Assembly: GCA_021613535.1 (NCBI GenBank)
Contig: CP075495.1
Span: 6,138,001 to 6,202,000 of the forward strand
Reading direction: 5' to 3'
Origin: Adineta vaga
Taxonomy: Eukaryota; Animalia; Rotifera
Length of the DNA stretch: 64,000 nucleotides
Part shown: positions 40,652 to 53,417 of the stretch, piece by piece
Position numbering within the stretch: the stretch's first letter is position 1
How the letters are laid out: each line of letters starts with the position of its first letter
Notes under the pieces: generated by a model
Databases searched by the model: none
Told to the model about the DNA's origin: nothing
The model's input: only the letters and a program-made list of their open reading frames with translations
Made by a program: the position numbers and the translations under genes

Positions 40652-41911
40652 ATGGATTCAACGAATATTGTCATTCCATTTAATTTTCCATTTGCAATTT
40701 TGGGTAAATAAAAGCACGTCTATCTTTTCGTTTATTATCAACTTAACATTTTAGAACACCGTCATAATTCTGATCCAAATAATAAGCTTGTTTATGCTGT
40801 TGCTGACGGACAATATACATACGGTCCACTTTCATTATATCAATATCATAATGATGAACATTATTCTAAAACGTAAGTTTTTCTTTGTTTAATTCATAAT
40901 TAGGAAATAATTATGTTTGCTTTTGGTTTGAATAGAATACGAGATGAAGAATTACCACCATCGTTACCATGCAAAGTAAAAAGAAAATTATTTTGTTTTT
41001 ATTGGATTATCTTTATTGTGTTTTTGAAATAAAGGAGTTTTATATCATCGAACCAGGTTTTTCAATCGATGATACCATTGAGATAATTGATGAAAATCGT
41101 GGACAAATCTTTGTAAGAGAACTTATTTCGGTTGATGACGATGATTCTATGGTAACAATCGATCAAGAACCAGATCAAGGTTTATTTCATTCATCGATAT
41201 TTCCTTAGCATATTTATCAATTTCTATTTTTTTTTCTTAGTTCATATGAAAGAGCTTTTCAAAGAAATGGCTGAATGTAAAAATGAAATTCGTGATTTAA
41301 AATCTATTGTAAGATTACAATCCTTCTTTTCTATACGATTTTTGAACAAAAAATTATCTTCTAGGTTTTATCAGAAAATCGCTTTACTAAACGTCGATCA
41401 ATTTCGACAGGTAAATAGATTCAACATTGGAATATTTTATTTCAATGAAAACGTTTTATTTTTAGATTCACCAGGTTTTCGTGATGCAGAAAATAATGCT
41501 AAATGGATTCGTGGCGGCGGTGGTGGTAGTCGTTCAACAAATAATGGACATATGTCTGATGATGGTGGTGTATCAACTCCATTACGTTATACGAAAGCAA
41601 CTGGTATTCGTAAACCACAACAAGTTCAATCATCAATCGTTCAACGAAGTGTATCATCAACATTAACTAACAGAAATATTCTAACACCACTTCGAGGTAA
41701 AACAACAGCAACAACAATGTCATCAGTAACAACAAAATATGCAACACCAATGAGAACAACATTAGCAACTAATAAAAAAGTTGTTTTAAAAAATGTCAAA
41801 TCATCCGGTTATGGACAATTTAATGTCATGAATAATACAACAACAACGATCAAAAAACAACAACAACAATTAGCAACATTAGCTACGCCTGGACGATCAT
41901 TTCGAAAATAA
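40652..41911 (+). CDS. Unknown protein: small globular N-terminus, short coiled coil, basic Ser/Thr-rich tail
   Basis: Phase-consistent exons 40652-40703, 40755-40872, 40936-40975, 41035-41179, 41241-41308, 41365-41410, 41466-41911 (MDSTNIVIPFNFPFAILEHRHNSDPNNKLVYAVADGQYTYGPL...MKELFKEMAECKNEIRDLKSIV...KVVLKNVKSSGYGQ...), separated by six canonical 51-63 nt introns. Confidence 0.8.
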
Positions 41912-42700
41912 TTCTTTCGTGCATTTCATCTTTTCGTTTTTTTCCCTATCTCTTATCTTTATCTTTATGTATAGTTGATTACTTTATAAATAATTCGTTT
42001 GTTATATATGATCAAAGCAAAATTCAAAATATCAAATTGGTGTATTTTTTCATCTAGATGTTGTGTTTGTGAAAATAAAATGTATATTTGTTTGAAAAAA
42101 AAATGACAACTCAATTTCTACAGAAAGAATCGCTATTTAATTCTATTGATATTATAATAAAAACAGATCAACTAATCTGAACATTGCAGTTCATTGAAGT
42201 TTTGGAAATCATTAGATTCTAAGCTCTGTCATGTCGACAAAAGCTAAATTTATGTTTAGTAAGCAAAAATTACTATAAAATATCGTTATGAGGAGAAGAG
42301 AATAAAAAATAGAATACTGCAATGAATTCCTACTAGATCGAGATTTTTTTTTAAAATTTCAATTTCTAACGATGAAAATATCATTTCGGTTACAAAGAAG
42401 CCTCGTTTAACAGTCTTATTCCTTCAAATTTATGTATGTGAGGATAAGAGAGAAGGATGTACAGGGTTTTTCTTTCTTTATGTAAGCATGTCATTTATTT
42501 GTTTACATGTTTCTATTTCTTAAAACTACCAATCTTTTCTACTATACACGAGATCGATCGATTTATCGAGGGTTTTAGTTTTCAGACCTGGATACACTAG
42601 AATGATATATAGATATATCTTACCCTTCGTTTTCTTCCTATCCTGCATATATAAACGAATTGCAGAGACTGTATATTTCACTTTTAGAATTACATAAATC

Positions 42701-43618
42701 ATGCATTCATCATTCGTGTGTCTTTTCCTAACTATTCTTATCTCCAACCTTTCATGGTCGGTATTAGCCGGTGATTATCCCGTTGTTGGAGTAGTATTAC
42801 TTCAATCAGCACCACGATTTGAAGCATTTGGTACCATTATGATGACCCAAAAGACTGAAGGTTGTTAGTTTTATATTGATAATTCGTATCTATTCCTCGT
42901 TTTATTGAAACAGGCAGTCCAATAACTGTCGAAGGTATCATTTTCAATCTTAAACCAAACAGTCGTTTTGGTTTACATGTTCATGAACAAGGTGATCTTA
43001 CAAATGCATGTCAAAGCACTGGTGCTCACTTTAATCCATATGGAAAAGAAGTAAATTTCGATTTTGAATAATATTTTCATTAAAAACAAAACACATTTAA
43101 ATATTATTTTTAAATTTCTAGCATGGTAGTGAACGAAGTGTTGAACGTCACTGGGGTGATTTTGGAAATATAATGAGTGATAGCTTAGGTATGGCACGTG
43201 TTATGATTACAGTTGAAGAAAGTTCATTGATTGGCGTTGATGGTGTAAGTGTAAATTCATAGAAAACAAATTTGACTGACTCAAGTTTCTTTCTTTTTTT
43301 TAAATAGTATTTTGGCCGAGCTCTTGTACTTCATGAACGTGAAGATGATCTTGGTTTAACTGAACATGAAAAGAGTAAAACAACAGGGTAAGACAAAGAA
43401 TGATTTGTTTTATATTGAACAAATGTTTCTATTATCTTGTAATATTTTATTATAGAAATTCCGGAGAACGTCTTGCTTGTGGTGTTATTGGTATTCGTCG
43501 ACCAACTGATCGTTTACCATTTTCTCAACAAACACAAAAATCTATGACAAATCCACAACGTCCAATGAGTTTCGTTCCAACATGGCGTCAACAAGCACCC
43601 AACACGAGAACAGTTTAA
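42701..43618 (+). CDS. SOD3: Secreted (extracellular-type) Cu/Zn superoxide dismutase
   Basis: Exons 42701-42860 (or -42863), 42914-43050, 43122-43244, 43308-43387, 43456-43618. Signal peptide [23 protein letters not shown] is followed by [52 protein letters not shown] and [13 protein letters not shown]. All Cu/Zn ligands, the disulfide cysteines and the catalytic Arg are present. The symbol reflects the signal peptide, not proven orthology. Confidence 0.93.
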
Positions 43619-44153
43619 GATAATAAACGAACTAGTTTTATTCTTTTTCTTATTCTATTACTGACATATTAAAAGATCCATTTCATGTATTTGGATGGAT
43701 TAGAGATTTTCTTTCTAATAAAAAAAATACAAAAATACGAACAAAATTTTACATAGGACAAAAAGTTGATAAAATATATGTGGCTTCTATTAAAATTTCA
43801 GCAAAAATATAGCTAGTTCTTTTAATCGTTTATGTTAACAAATACTTATTCTTTGAATTGAATGTTTGAAATATTGGAAACATATTTATCTATCTGATGA
43901 GTACTGTTATCGTACAACTAGTCGTGTTACCGTTTAACATTTTAAAGTTTGGGGTTTTTTTCTACACACTTTTCTGTTTCTTTTCGACACATTTTTTTTA
44001 ATACGCCCTGTCTCAAAGAAATACAATCAATGATTGAAAAGAAAACACACGAGCAGAAGAATTTGTTGACATAAGCATTTTTCAAACTTCACTTCTTTTT
44101 TCGTTTTGATGAAAAAAGAAAAAGAAGAAAAAGACTTTTGACTATCTTGAGAC

Positions 44154-47100
44154 ATGACTACACATAGTGATAATGATGTTAAATTAACTCTTGAATCAAA
44201 TGGTATTATGTCATATAAACGACTTGATGGACAATCAACTCCTAGTACATATTCATCAATTGTTCTTAGTAATTATAGTGATGATGAAGACGAAGAAAAT
44301 GATGATCAAAATCAGTTACCAACAGTAAAATGGAAACGAGAAAAATTTTTAAATAATGTTGATAGTAATATGTAAGTTGAATCATTTGTTATTTTATTTT
44401 TACTCATTTCGCCCAAGATAAAGATTAACAACTAATCCTAAAGTAAAGAAAACAGACATGCTTTTTTTGTTCTTAAATATTATCATTGATAAAATGTCAG
44501 TATATTCTAATATCTATGCGTATTTAAAGACGTATAGAGAAATTAATGAATAGATATGCTTCTGTCCGCACAATTATCAAGAAAACTTTCTCCATTATTA
44601 AAAAAACAATCGACGTAGGAGAATAATAAACTTGTCCTACTTTTGATTATATCTAATAAAAATTTGTCTTTATCTTTTTTTAAGTGAACGACTTCCAAAC
44701 TGTACTGATGTTCTTAATAACTACGTCATGTCTTCAGAAGATAAGACTAATGCATCATTTGATGATGGATTACGACCATTACCATCACGACGATTACCAC
44801 CAATTCCTGCTGATAAATTACATCGAGTCAGTATTCTTCACGAAAATATCAATTTAGATTAAAACTAAAAATAACGTCTATCTCATTTTAGAGAAATCCA
44901 CAAATAGTACGACAAGAATTTACAATGCTCGAAGATTTTGTTTCTGATGCTGATTTAGTCGATATACATCTAAATGAAATGCCTGGTCTTCAAAATACAG
45001 GTAATTCTTTGTGACAATGAAAATCTTCATTTTAGTATTAAAATCGAACAATTTATTAGATCAATGGAAGCGTATTGCTGGTCGTGCAAATCAATCATCA
45101 CCACCTTTATCTCGTCAATATTATCGAACAGTCATATCAGCTTCGGATTTACAGGATGGACAAGACCGCAACCATTAGGTTCTTATCGACGACCAGGTCG
45201 CATTGATCCTGAGCCAATTGTATCCAATGCTGGAACATCTTTAGGTCGATTACCTCGTCGTCGAATTTTACTAGGTTCATTTATTGCTGTTGTCATTGTT
45301 GCAGTTGTAGTGTCCGTAGTTCTTGCTATTACAATTGGTAAAATAAATCTTAGATAATTGACATTCTATCTCAATCATTGATTTTCTTTTTCTCTATTCT
45401 AGTACAAAAATCTGTTGTAACAACAACTGACTATTACGAAGGAAGTGTTTATGTTCGTGCAAGATTCAATGAATTACTTCTCAATCCATCTTCAACATTA
45501 GCAAAAAGTTATAAAAGAGAGCTTTGTTCTTTAGTAAGTACTATTATTTTGTCCTTCTTTTCTTCCTTTCTATCGATAATTGAGTCATGTTCTTTGAATA
45601 TGCGGTGTGTAAATTTCGACTTCGTGACACATGTTTATAAAATCATAATCTATGTTTGATGGCTTAATCGTTATTAAATTTTCTTGAAATCCCATGTTGA
45701 TACAAATATGAATTTTAAAAGATATTTAAAAAAGAATGTATCTCATATTTAATTCCCATGATATCATTTAGTCAATTCTTATTCATTTCATTGATTGACT
45801 ATTCTTGTCGAATATATCATTTACGGTTGGTTACAATCGAGGAAAAGTTAAGATGAAGAAGAAGAAGAAAAATCTTTCGAAATAAGATATATATATTAGG
45901 ATTATTATAACAAGATCGGAAAAGAGGAAAGAGAAAAAAGAAGATTTATTCTTCTTCGTCTTCTTCTTGTTTAGCATTCGTTCATGTTCAGCGGTCGATC
46001 GGTTGGTTCGCGATTACTTATTCTAGTGTAGAGCCAATTTGATTTTTATCTGCAACTATCTATTGAGCTAGAATGTTCATGCAATAAGAAACAAAATTAA
46101 ATTAGATCGAGCGTGTGCATGTTTCGATCAGTCTTCCTTTCTCTTAAACAACTTGCCGTTTTTCTTGGCTAAAGACTTTTCTCGTCTTTTCTTTCTCTCC
46201 TTCTTATCTAGATTGGAACGACACTCGCAGATACACGAACGAAATATGCTATATTCTATTCTACTTGTGTTGTAACTGCTTTTCATAATGGAAGTATTAT
46301 TGCGGATTTTGTTCTTGGTTTTACTCAACATCAAAATGTAACATATTTAAATTTATTTCTTAATCGAACATTAGTTAATAAACCATTATTTGATGGAACA
46401 ATTTCTTCGATAACATTTTATTTAAATGATACAAATACAAATTCTACAGGTGTTAGCAATGATGATCCAGTTTATTCGACACATTCAGAAAAATTCATCA
46501 TGACCGAACAAAATTCAATCAATGAAACTTCACAACAACCGGCACATACATCGTATACAACTGTGACGTATACAACACTTGAAAAAGGTTTGTCTATAAC
46601 TATATCTGAAACCATAACAATTACTAACAATAATCTTGATAAATCACCGATTAATAATAAAAATTATGAAGTTATTCTGATACCAACAATTGAAAATACG
46701 AAAGCAGTTGTTGTTCCTACGGGTAATACGAACGAAAAAACGTTGTTACCCGCAACTACGAACAATGTTATTCCAACAAGATCTTCATCTCAAGTTAATC
46801 TCCTTCGACCAATTAAACCAATTAATGATGTAAATTTTGCTTATATTGATGCATCAAGTGATGATCGATCGTATAGTTCAGGAGATGGTATTTAAATCTA
46901 GATGTATACATATATATTTCTTTCGTATTGTGTTTCGCCTTAGTTTCCTTTAGAATGCCTTTATTTGTTTGTTCGATTGGTTATTTTAATATCTTATCAT
47001 TCTTGTTTAGCTATGTCCACTCTAGGAGATATAACTACTCGAGATTCGACAACAACAGATTCAACAACATCACTTAGCGATGGAACAATAACAGATTCTA

Positions 47101-48431
47101 CGTCAACTTTGGCAAATAATTTTATCTTACCAACAACAATAACAAATCCATCGAGAATATCAACAAATCGTCCGATTCCGACAAATCGACCACCAGTACC
47201 AGCTACTACTGATAGTAGTGAAGAAAAAAAAACACGTTCTTCACGTTTCAATTCTAATACAGTCAAACGTCAACGACGTTCAGTTATTCCAAAAAATCAA
47301 CGTCGTCTATTGCAATATGAATTAATGCCTACGGGAAAAATTTATTATGTTGATCGACCATTCTATAATGAAAAGAAGAATTTTAAAGGTGATCATGATG
47401 ATAATTCCAGTGCTGTCCTTAGTACAATATTATCTCGTTCAAGTTCCGTTGATACATTGAGTGATAAACGTCATCGTCAACATCAACATCAACATAGTCG
47501 AAAATATAATCCAGATTTATCACCGAAAAAGCCAGAACCAACAAAACTATCTGTAGGTGGAAGATTAGCATCAAATAATAATCTAACGACAACAACGATG
47601 TCATCATTTAAACCAATAAATTCTATGAAAAAGAGTCGTTTTTCTTCATTTGAACCAACAGATGAATCGCTTGATCAAGTTTTTGATGTTCTAATTGCTG
47701 CTGAAAAACGACGAGAAGAACATGATTTTTGGAGAGAAAAATTTGATCATCGTTCAACATCAACACGAATTCCAATTTCAAATAGTCGAACACAAGAATC
47801 AACCAATGCAAATACAATACCATTTCTTCGTTCGAAACAAACTCAACTAACTCCAAATTCAATTGTGAACAATACTGAGAGTCGTTCACAATCTTATACT
47901 AATAAGCGTACTTCACTGTATGAAGCTATCAGTCGACAGAATGGTTGTTTATTAGAAGATTGTCTTCGACGACGAACACATATTGCTCAACAACAATTAC
48001 CTCCACCACCAGCAGAACGTAATTATTCTCCTAATACGATTTATTCGACTAATTATCCAAAACAACAAATACCATTCGTCAATAAATCAGCGACAATTCC
48101 TGCTCAACAATCAGCACGTATTCTTTCGATACCAAATGGTCGAGTTGGTCGAGCTCCCCAAGCTCGACAAACATCGGATGAACTTTCTTCAACATCTGAT
48201 ATTTGGGCAGCACGTTCTACGCTCGAAAATGACATGTCTCATAATCCAAAAGCAATAAATCGTATACGTACTCCATCCGCTGCTAATCGTAGTCGAATCA
48301 ATCAACAGAAAATTCTCAATAGTAAACGTGCATTAAGTGCCGAACAACAGAAAAGCAATCGAACGCAGAATAAGAATTTTTCATCCACAACAAAAAGTAA
48401 ATTTTTTGATTTATTTAAATTTACTCGTTAA
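44154..48431 (+). CDS. Type-II single-pass membrane protein with a SEA-like domain and a long Ser/Thr/Arg-rich C-terminal region (model uncertain)
   Basis: Exons 44154-44371, 44685-44826, 44892-45000, 45155 (or 45060)-45337, 45403-45533, 46212-46887, 47011-48431. Basic RRR precedes the TM segment ILLGSFIAVVIVAVVVSVVLAITIV. Then YYEGSVYVRARFNELLLNPSSTLAKSY...CVVTAFHNGSIIADFVLGF matches the SEA signature F-x-x-GS[IV][IV]xxF, with several N-x-S/T sequons. Confidence 0.65.
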
Positions 48432-48510
48432 ATTATTCTCGCTCATTTTCTTCACAACAATAATATAACAAAAAAAAAGCAGCAACGGAATACGAAAGAT
48501 TTCATATTAG

Positions 48511-50437
48511 TCAAATAAAAACCGGAAAAAGAATTCTTTCAGCTTGTTCAATGCCATAAAGAAAATAAATGAAAAATCCAATAATCATCCAAAATATAAA
48601 CCGTATCCATGTTATCGAACTTAATTTTAACATTAAATATATATTGAAAAAAATACTTAAGATTGGTAGCCATGGTACGCATGGCGTAAGAAAAATATTT
48701 TCCAAATCTTCCGAAAGATTTTGTTTTCTTTTCGAAAATTTTTTATAAATTATGTATATTAAAAGATATAATAAAACGAAAAAGATGACGATGAAGATTG
48801 GATTTATATAATCATGTTGTTCAAATGAATGAATCGAAATGAAACATAATAATATTATAATTCCGATGATTGAAAATAAGTTTTTACTTAAATCATAAGT
48901 ATCATCATCTTTCATTTCATAACGTGAAATTAATACAGCTAAAGCGACTTGAGTATAAGCAATCAATGTTCCTATACTTAACATTTCAACTAAGGTTAAT
49001 AAATCGAATACTAAGGCCATTAATGCTGCTGCAAAACCACCGATTAATGTTGCATAAATAGGTGTATGAGATCTAGTTGAGATTTTACTGAATAACGAAA
49101 ATAATAGGCCATCGGACGCCATTGAATATAAGACACGAGGTAATGGAAATAATGAACCAATGATACTTGATGTCAAACCTGTTACTGCACCGATTGCGAC
49201 TAGAAACAAAAGAAAAATATATTAATCATTGAATAAATTATAAGTCTAAGAATGCCTACTTGCAATTTTAACATGTGGAAGTCCAACACGATCGAATGCA
49301 TCAGGTAATGATGCATCAACTCGTATTGAATAATAAGGAATAATTAAGGTTAAAACTGCACTAACAGCACAATAGACAAGACAACAAATGAGAAGAACAA
49401 AACAGATACTAATTGGAATTGCTCGTCGAGGATTTTCTGTTTCTTCACCTGTTGTTGCAATTAAATCAAAGCCAACAAATGCATAAAAACATGTTGCTGC
49501 ACCAGACAATACACCAGAGATTGAATAAGGTAAAAATCCACCTTGTCCGGCGTTAGTTATTGTTTGATTTTGTTTAATTTGATCCATTGATATATGCCAA
49601 TTATCAGTATTCGCTTTCGAAAGACCACTTATAACAATAACTAAAATATAACAAAATATTCGACGATCTTCTTTTCGTTTTAAGAAAAAAATTACTTGCA
49701 ACACTCATTAAATTAACAAGTGTACAAATACTATTCGTTCGACTCGATTCTTTCACTCCAATAGTAAGAATAATTGTAGTAATTATTGTTAGACAAAATG
49801 CTCCAATATCCATATAGGGTGCAAATATTCCCATTGGATTAGGAAATGGAAATGGAAAATTTTGTTGAAAGAAAATACTCATACGAAAATTCATTATTGA
49901 ATCAACTGAACTTGTCCAAGCACGTGCTGCCGATGCTATCTAAGTCAAATAAAAATCTTTTTTATATCAATTATGAAACAATCACTATTCCTTACCAGCA
50001 CCTACGATATATTCGAGAATTAAATTCCAACCTAAAAGATCAAAATTAAACTGATTGTTCAGCAAAACAATTCGAATAGTTAAACCTGTAATAAACGCTG
50101 CTAATTCTCCAAGAATAACATATGAATAAACATAGGCCGATCCAGCACGTGGATATTTGGAACCTAATTCTGCATAACATAAGCCCGAAAATAATGAAGC
50201 TATACCAGCAATCAGAAATGATAAGAGTACACCAGGGCCAGCTAAATTTCTTGCCACTGTACCAGCAAGGATATAAATGCCAGCACCTAATGTACTACCA
50301 ATACCTAAGATAGTTAGATCGATCACTGTTAAACATCGTCGTAATTGTGAATGAAGAGCACTAGTTGGTGTAAGTCGTTTGCGACGCGAAAAAATAGTTA
50401 ATGCTTTTTGCATACGATTATTCTTTTCTGTACTCAT
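48511..50437 (-). CDS. Cationic amino-acid transporter (SLC7A1-4/CAT family, APC superfamily)
   Basis: Minus-strand exons 50437-50086, 50031-49996, 49935-49696, 49640-49260, 49199-48511. Motifs: LRRCLTVIDLTILGIGSTLGAGIYIL, GLCYAELGSKYPRAGSAYVYSY, GAATCFYAFVGFDLIATTGEETENP, PLPRVLYSMASDGLLF, SIGTLIAY, and the CAT C-terminal F-x-x-PCVPWLP...TWIRF. Confidence 0.96.
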
Positions 50438-50439
50438 GG

Positions 50440-52261
50440 ATAAAAGATTTCACGATTAAATATGAAACAGATCTTTTTTTGATTACGCAAATATTTGATT
50501 CGATCTCAATCAAATTAGTTCTCTTAAATCAAGTACATTACAGATTGTAATTCACAATATAGCCGTGTTAAACTTCATGATTTGCTGTGTATTGAAAGTA
50601 GTGATGTATGACGACCATACCAACGTAATCAAAAAAGTAGAAGTATATATATGCACGCATGCATGCATGCAGGAGATTTTTTTTCTTCCTTTTTTTCTTC
50701 TCGCAAAAGTTATTTGCTTTTTTCAATTTTTTTTCCTCGTCCTCGTTGTATGCAAACGACCGTCAAATACACGCAAAACTTAAATACTTTCACACATACA
50801 AGACGACAAATATATATATGTATATACATGTTTGAGTGCTCAGGGAAGAAAAAAGAACGGAGAAGTAAAATTAAAACATACATTGGATGGAATTCATAAA
50901 TATTTTAATATACACTGAAGATGTTATCTATGAAGATGAAAAAAAGAATGTTTATTGATGATCAAATGTGAAATAGGTCTATATATATATGTATATGCTC
51001 GAAATTATGACACGCATGCATAGAAACATATTTATTTTGTTCAACCGAATCACTCCGCCTTCAAAGGCTGAAATCGGTCACTAAAATAATGGTAGACTAT
51101 ATATATATATATAGACGTAAAATGAAGAAGACAAAAGTAGGACGAGCAGACTTTTTCTGCAAGCTGATTGATTATATTAAACAACGTATGTATTGTGTTA
51201 ATTCATGTTTATTATCTAAATGAATATCATTCGAGACAGAGAAAGAAAACGAAAGAAAGAGTCGTTTTGAGTTCAGAAATAAGAAATTGCGTTTTCTTCT
51301 TGTGAATATCAAAACTTATTGACATGATTCGATGTAATCGATGAACACTAAAAGTTAAGAGATATTGTCTGGCTTTTGCTTTTCATTTTTATTAGTCGCG
51401 TATGTTCATATGCACGCGAATCAATTCGAACAATTTATTTTCGTGAATTCATCTAGTTGAATATATGATTGATGGCGAATTCAATGAAAGAATTTCTTTG
51501 ATTTTTTTTTTCTTTGTCACTAGATATCATGCATGATATTATCTCATTAACATATCTAATATATGAAGAAAAGAATCTTCAGCAATAAAACGAGTCTTTC
51601 GTTTTTCGATTTTTATTACACACATTTTGAATGAGAATTTATTGAACGTGTCATTGTAGATATGTTCTATATATCGATTGTATCGAATGATATAGATCAA
51701 ACAACGAATAGTAATGTTTCGTCGTTTGTATTTACACGCACTCTTTGTCATTGAGTTGAAATCTTTCGTTTGATACTGATCAACTATCGACTTGCGTATA
51801 AAGAACGTATATGAATGTAAAAAAGTATTACTAAATGACTAAGTAGTAGTATATGTGTCTGTGTGCTTATATATGGACACTCTTCGAGACATTTTTCTTC
51901 TTCATCACCACCTTACGACCTATTTTCAAGAGAGTCTATATATGCAGGCGTTCGATCACACTTTCAAATGAAATACAAGTGTAGGTAATAAGTGTGGACA
52001 ACGGCATATTTTATCAGTTTTCAACTTGACATAAAGTATCGAACAAGTGATACAATGTATGAAATTAAGAATAGACGAAATAGAAGTACACTTGAAAATA
52101 TTGATGCAGAAGTCAACTAACATTTATTACAAATGAGATTCAGTTTGTTTTTTTGTCAGAAAACTAACCATTATATAAATTCGACATAAAAGATTACGAT
52201 TAATTTAGATGATTTCTTACTATTTTTTTTCATCTGAAAATATTAACTTATTTTATTTTAG
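50440..52261. promoter_or_regulatory. Divergent intergenic region between the CAT transporter and the NAC-beta-like gene (possible bidirectional promoter)
   Basis: The two genes are head-to-head and there is no coding signal between them. Confidence 0.35.
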
Positions 52262-52564
52262 ATCTATTCTTGGCTTGAGCCCACGTATCATCTTCTCATT
52301 TTAGTTCAATGAGTTTGCTTGACGTCGAGTGCTCTTATATTCAATTATCAATATTGTACAAAAAAAGAACATAAAATTTTCAAATTTACATTGAACTAAA
52401 GGAGAAGCTTTTCGACGCTTCTCCTCCTCCTCCTCCTCCTCCTCTTGCTCACTTAGATTTCATCTGTTGGCCTATCAAATACAGACCATCAAAAATAACA
52501 ATAATATTAACGACAACTAGTGATTATTATCTTATTGTTACAAAACGTACTAAATCAAAATACG
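52262..52564 (+). other. Probable 5'-UTR exon of the NAC-beta-like gene
   Basis: Strong acceptor (ttttattttag, ending 52261) and donor (g|gtaaat at 52565). An in-frame stop precedes the junction with the 53412 exon, so it is non-coding relative to the ATG at 53418. It contains a short uORF, a hairpin and a (CCT)n tract. Confidence 0.45.
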
Positions 52565-53417
52565 GTAAATATTTTCGTTTTATTTCTATACATTATTAAA
52601 CACATTGACCTCATTGAACAGCTATGATTATTGCAAGTAATATCGATGAGTCTTCTCGAACACTGCATGATCATATGTGAATAAATGCATTGTTTCGAAA
52701 AACGAAAAAAGAAAGAAAGAAGATTGAAGATAGTAACTGTTTTATATCAGTTTCTTACGTATTCATTGAGATTCGCTATTTGAAATATGTCACACATTTG
52801 AATAATATCAAGCAATCTCATAAATCAAACAATCGATTAGTATTATCGACTTTTCTTTTTCTTTACTTTCTTTTCTTTTATCTGATAGAAAATATCATTT
52901 TAGCTGACTGTCGATACGTCATCAATACTCCAATCGATCAACGTGATTATTCATCGCCAATATTTTACTTATATATATATATATATATATACAAAAAACG
53001 AACGTAGTAAGGGCAATAACCAACAACTGATCATTTAATTGCTAAAAAGTAGGTATGATAGCCTAAAGAACTATTACCTCTATAAGTGCACACCTGTACA
53101 TATAGATGCACATATATGTATTTTAAAAAGCTTTTTGAACCTTGAAATATTGATACTGGTAATCATTATCATTACAATGAAAATGAGATGACACAATCAT
53201 GTTGTAGGTGTGTGGTGTGAATACAATAGATCAGTACGTTTTATAGCTTTTGTTCTTCCAAGGTGTGGAGAATATGCATGATCGAGTGCATTATGAAAAC
53301 TATTTGTTAACAACATTATGTTAACGAAATATTCTCAAATAGATAGTCATTTTTACTCCTCATCTCCACTCAAAGGTATCTAGAAACTTTGAAATATTAT
53401 TTTTGTTTTAGATTCCG

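Noticed and set aside
42701-50437. Horizontal transfer of the SOD or the amino-acid transporter
   Set aside because: Both carry canonical introns and animal-type family motifs; nothing suggests a foreign origin without a phylogeny.
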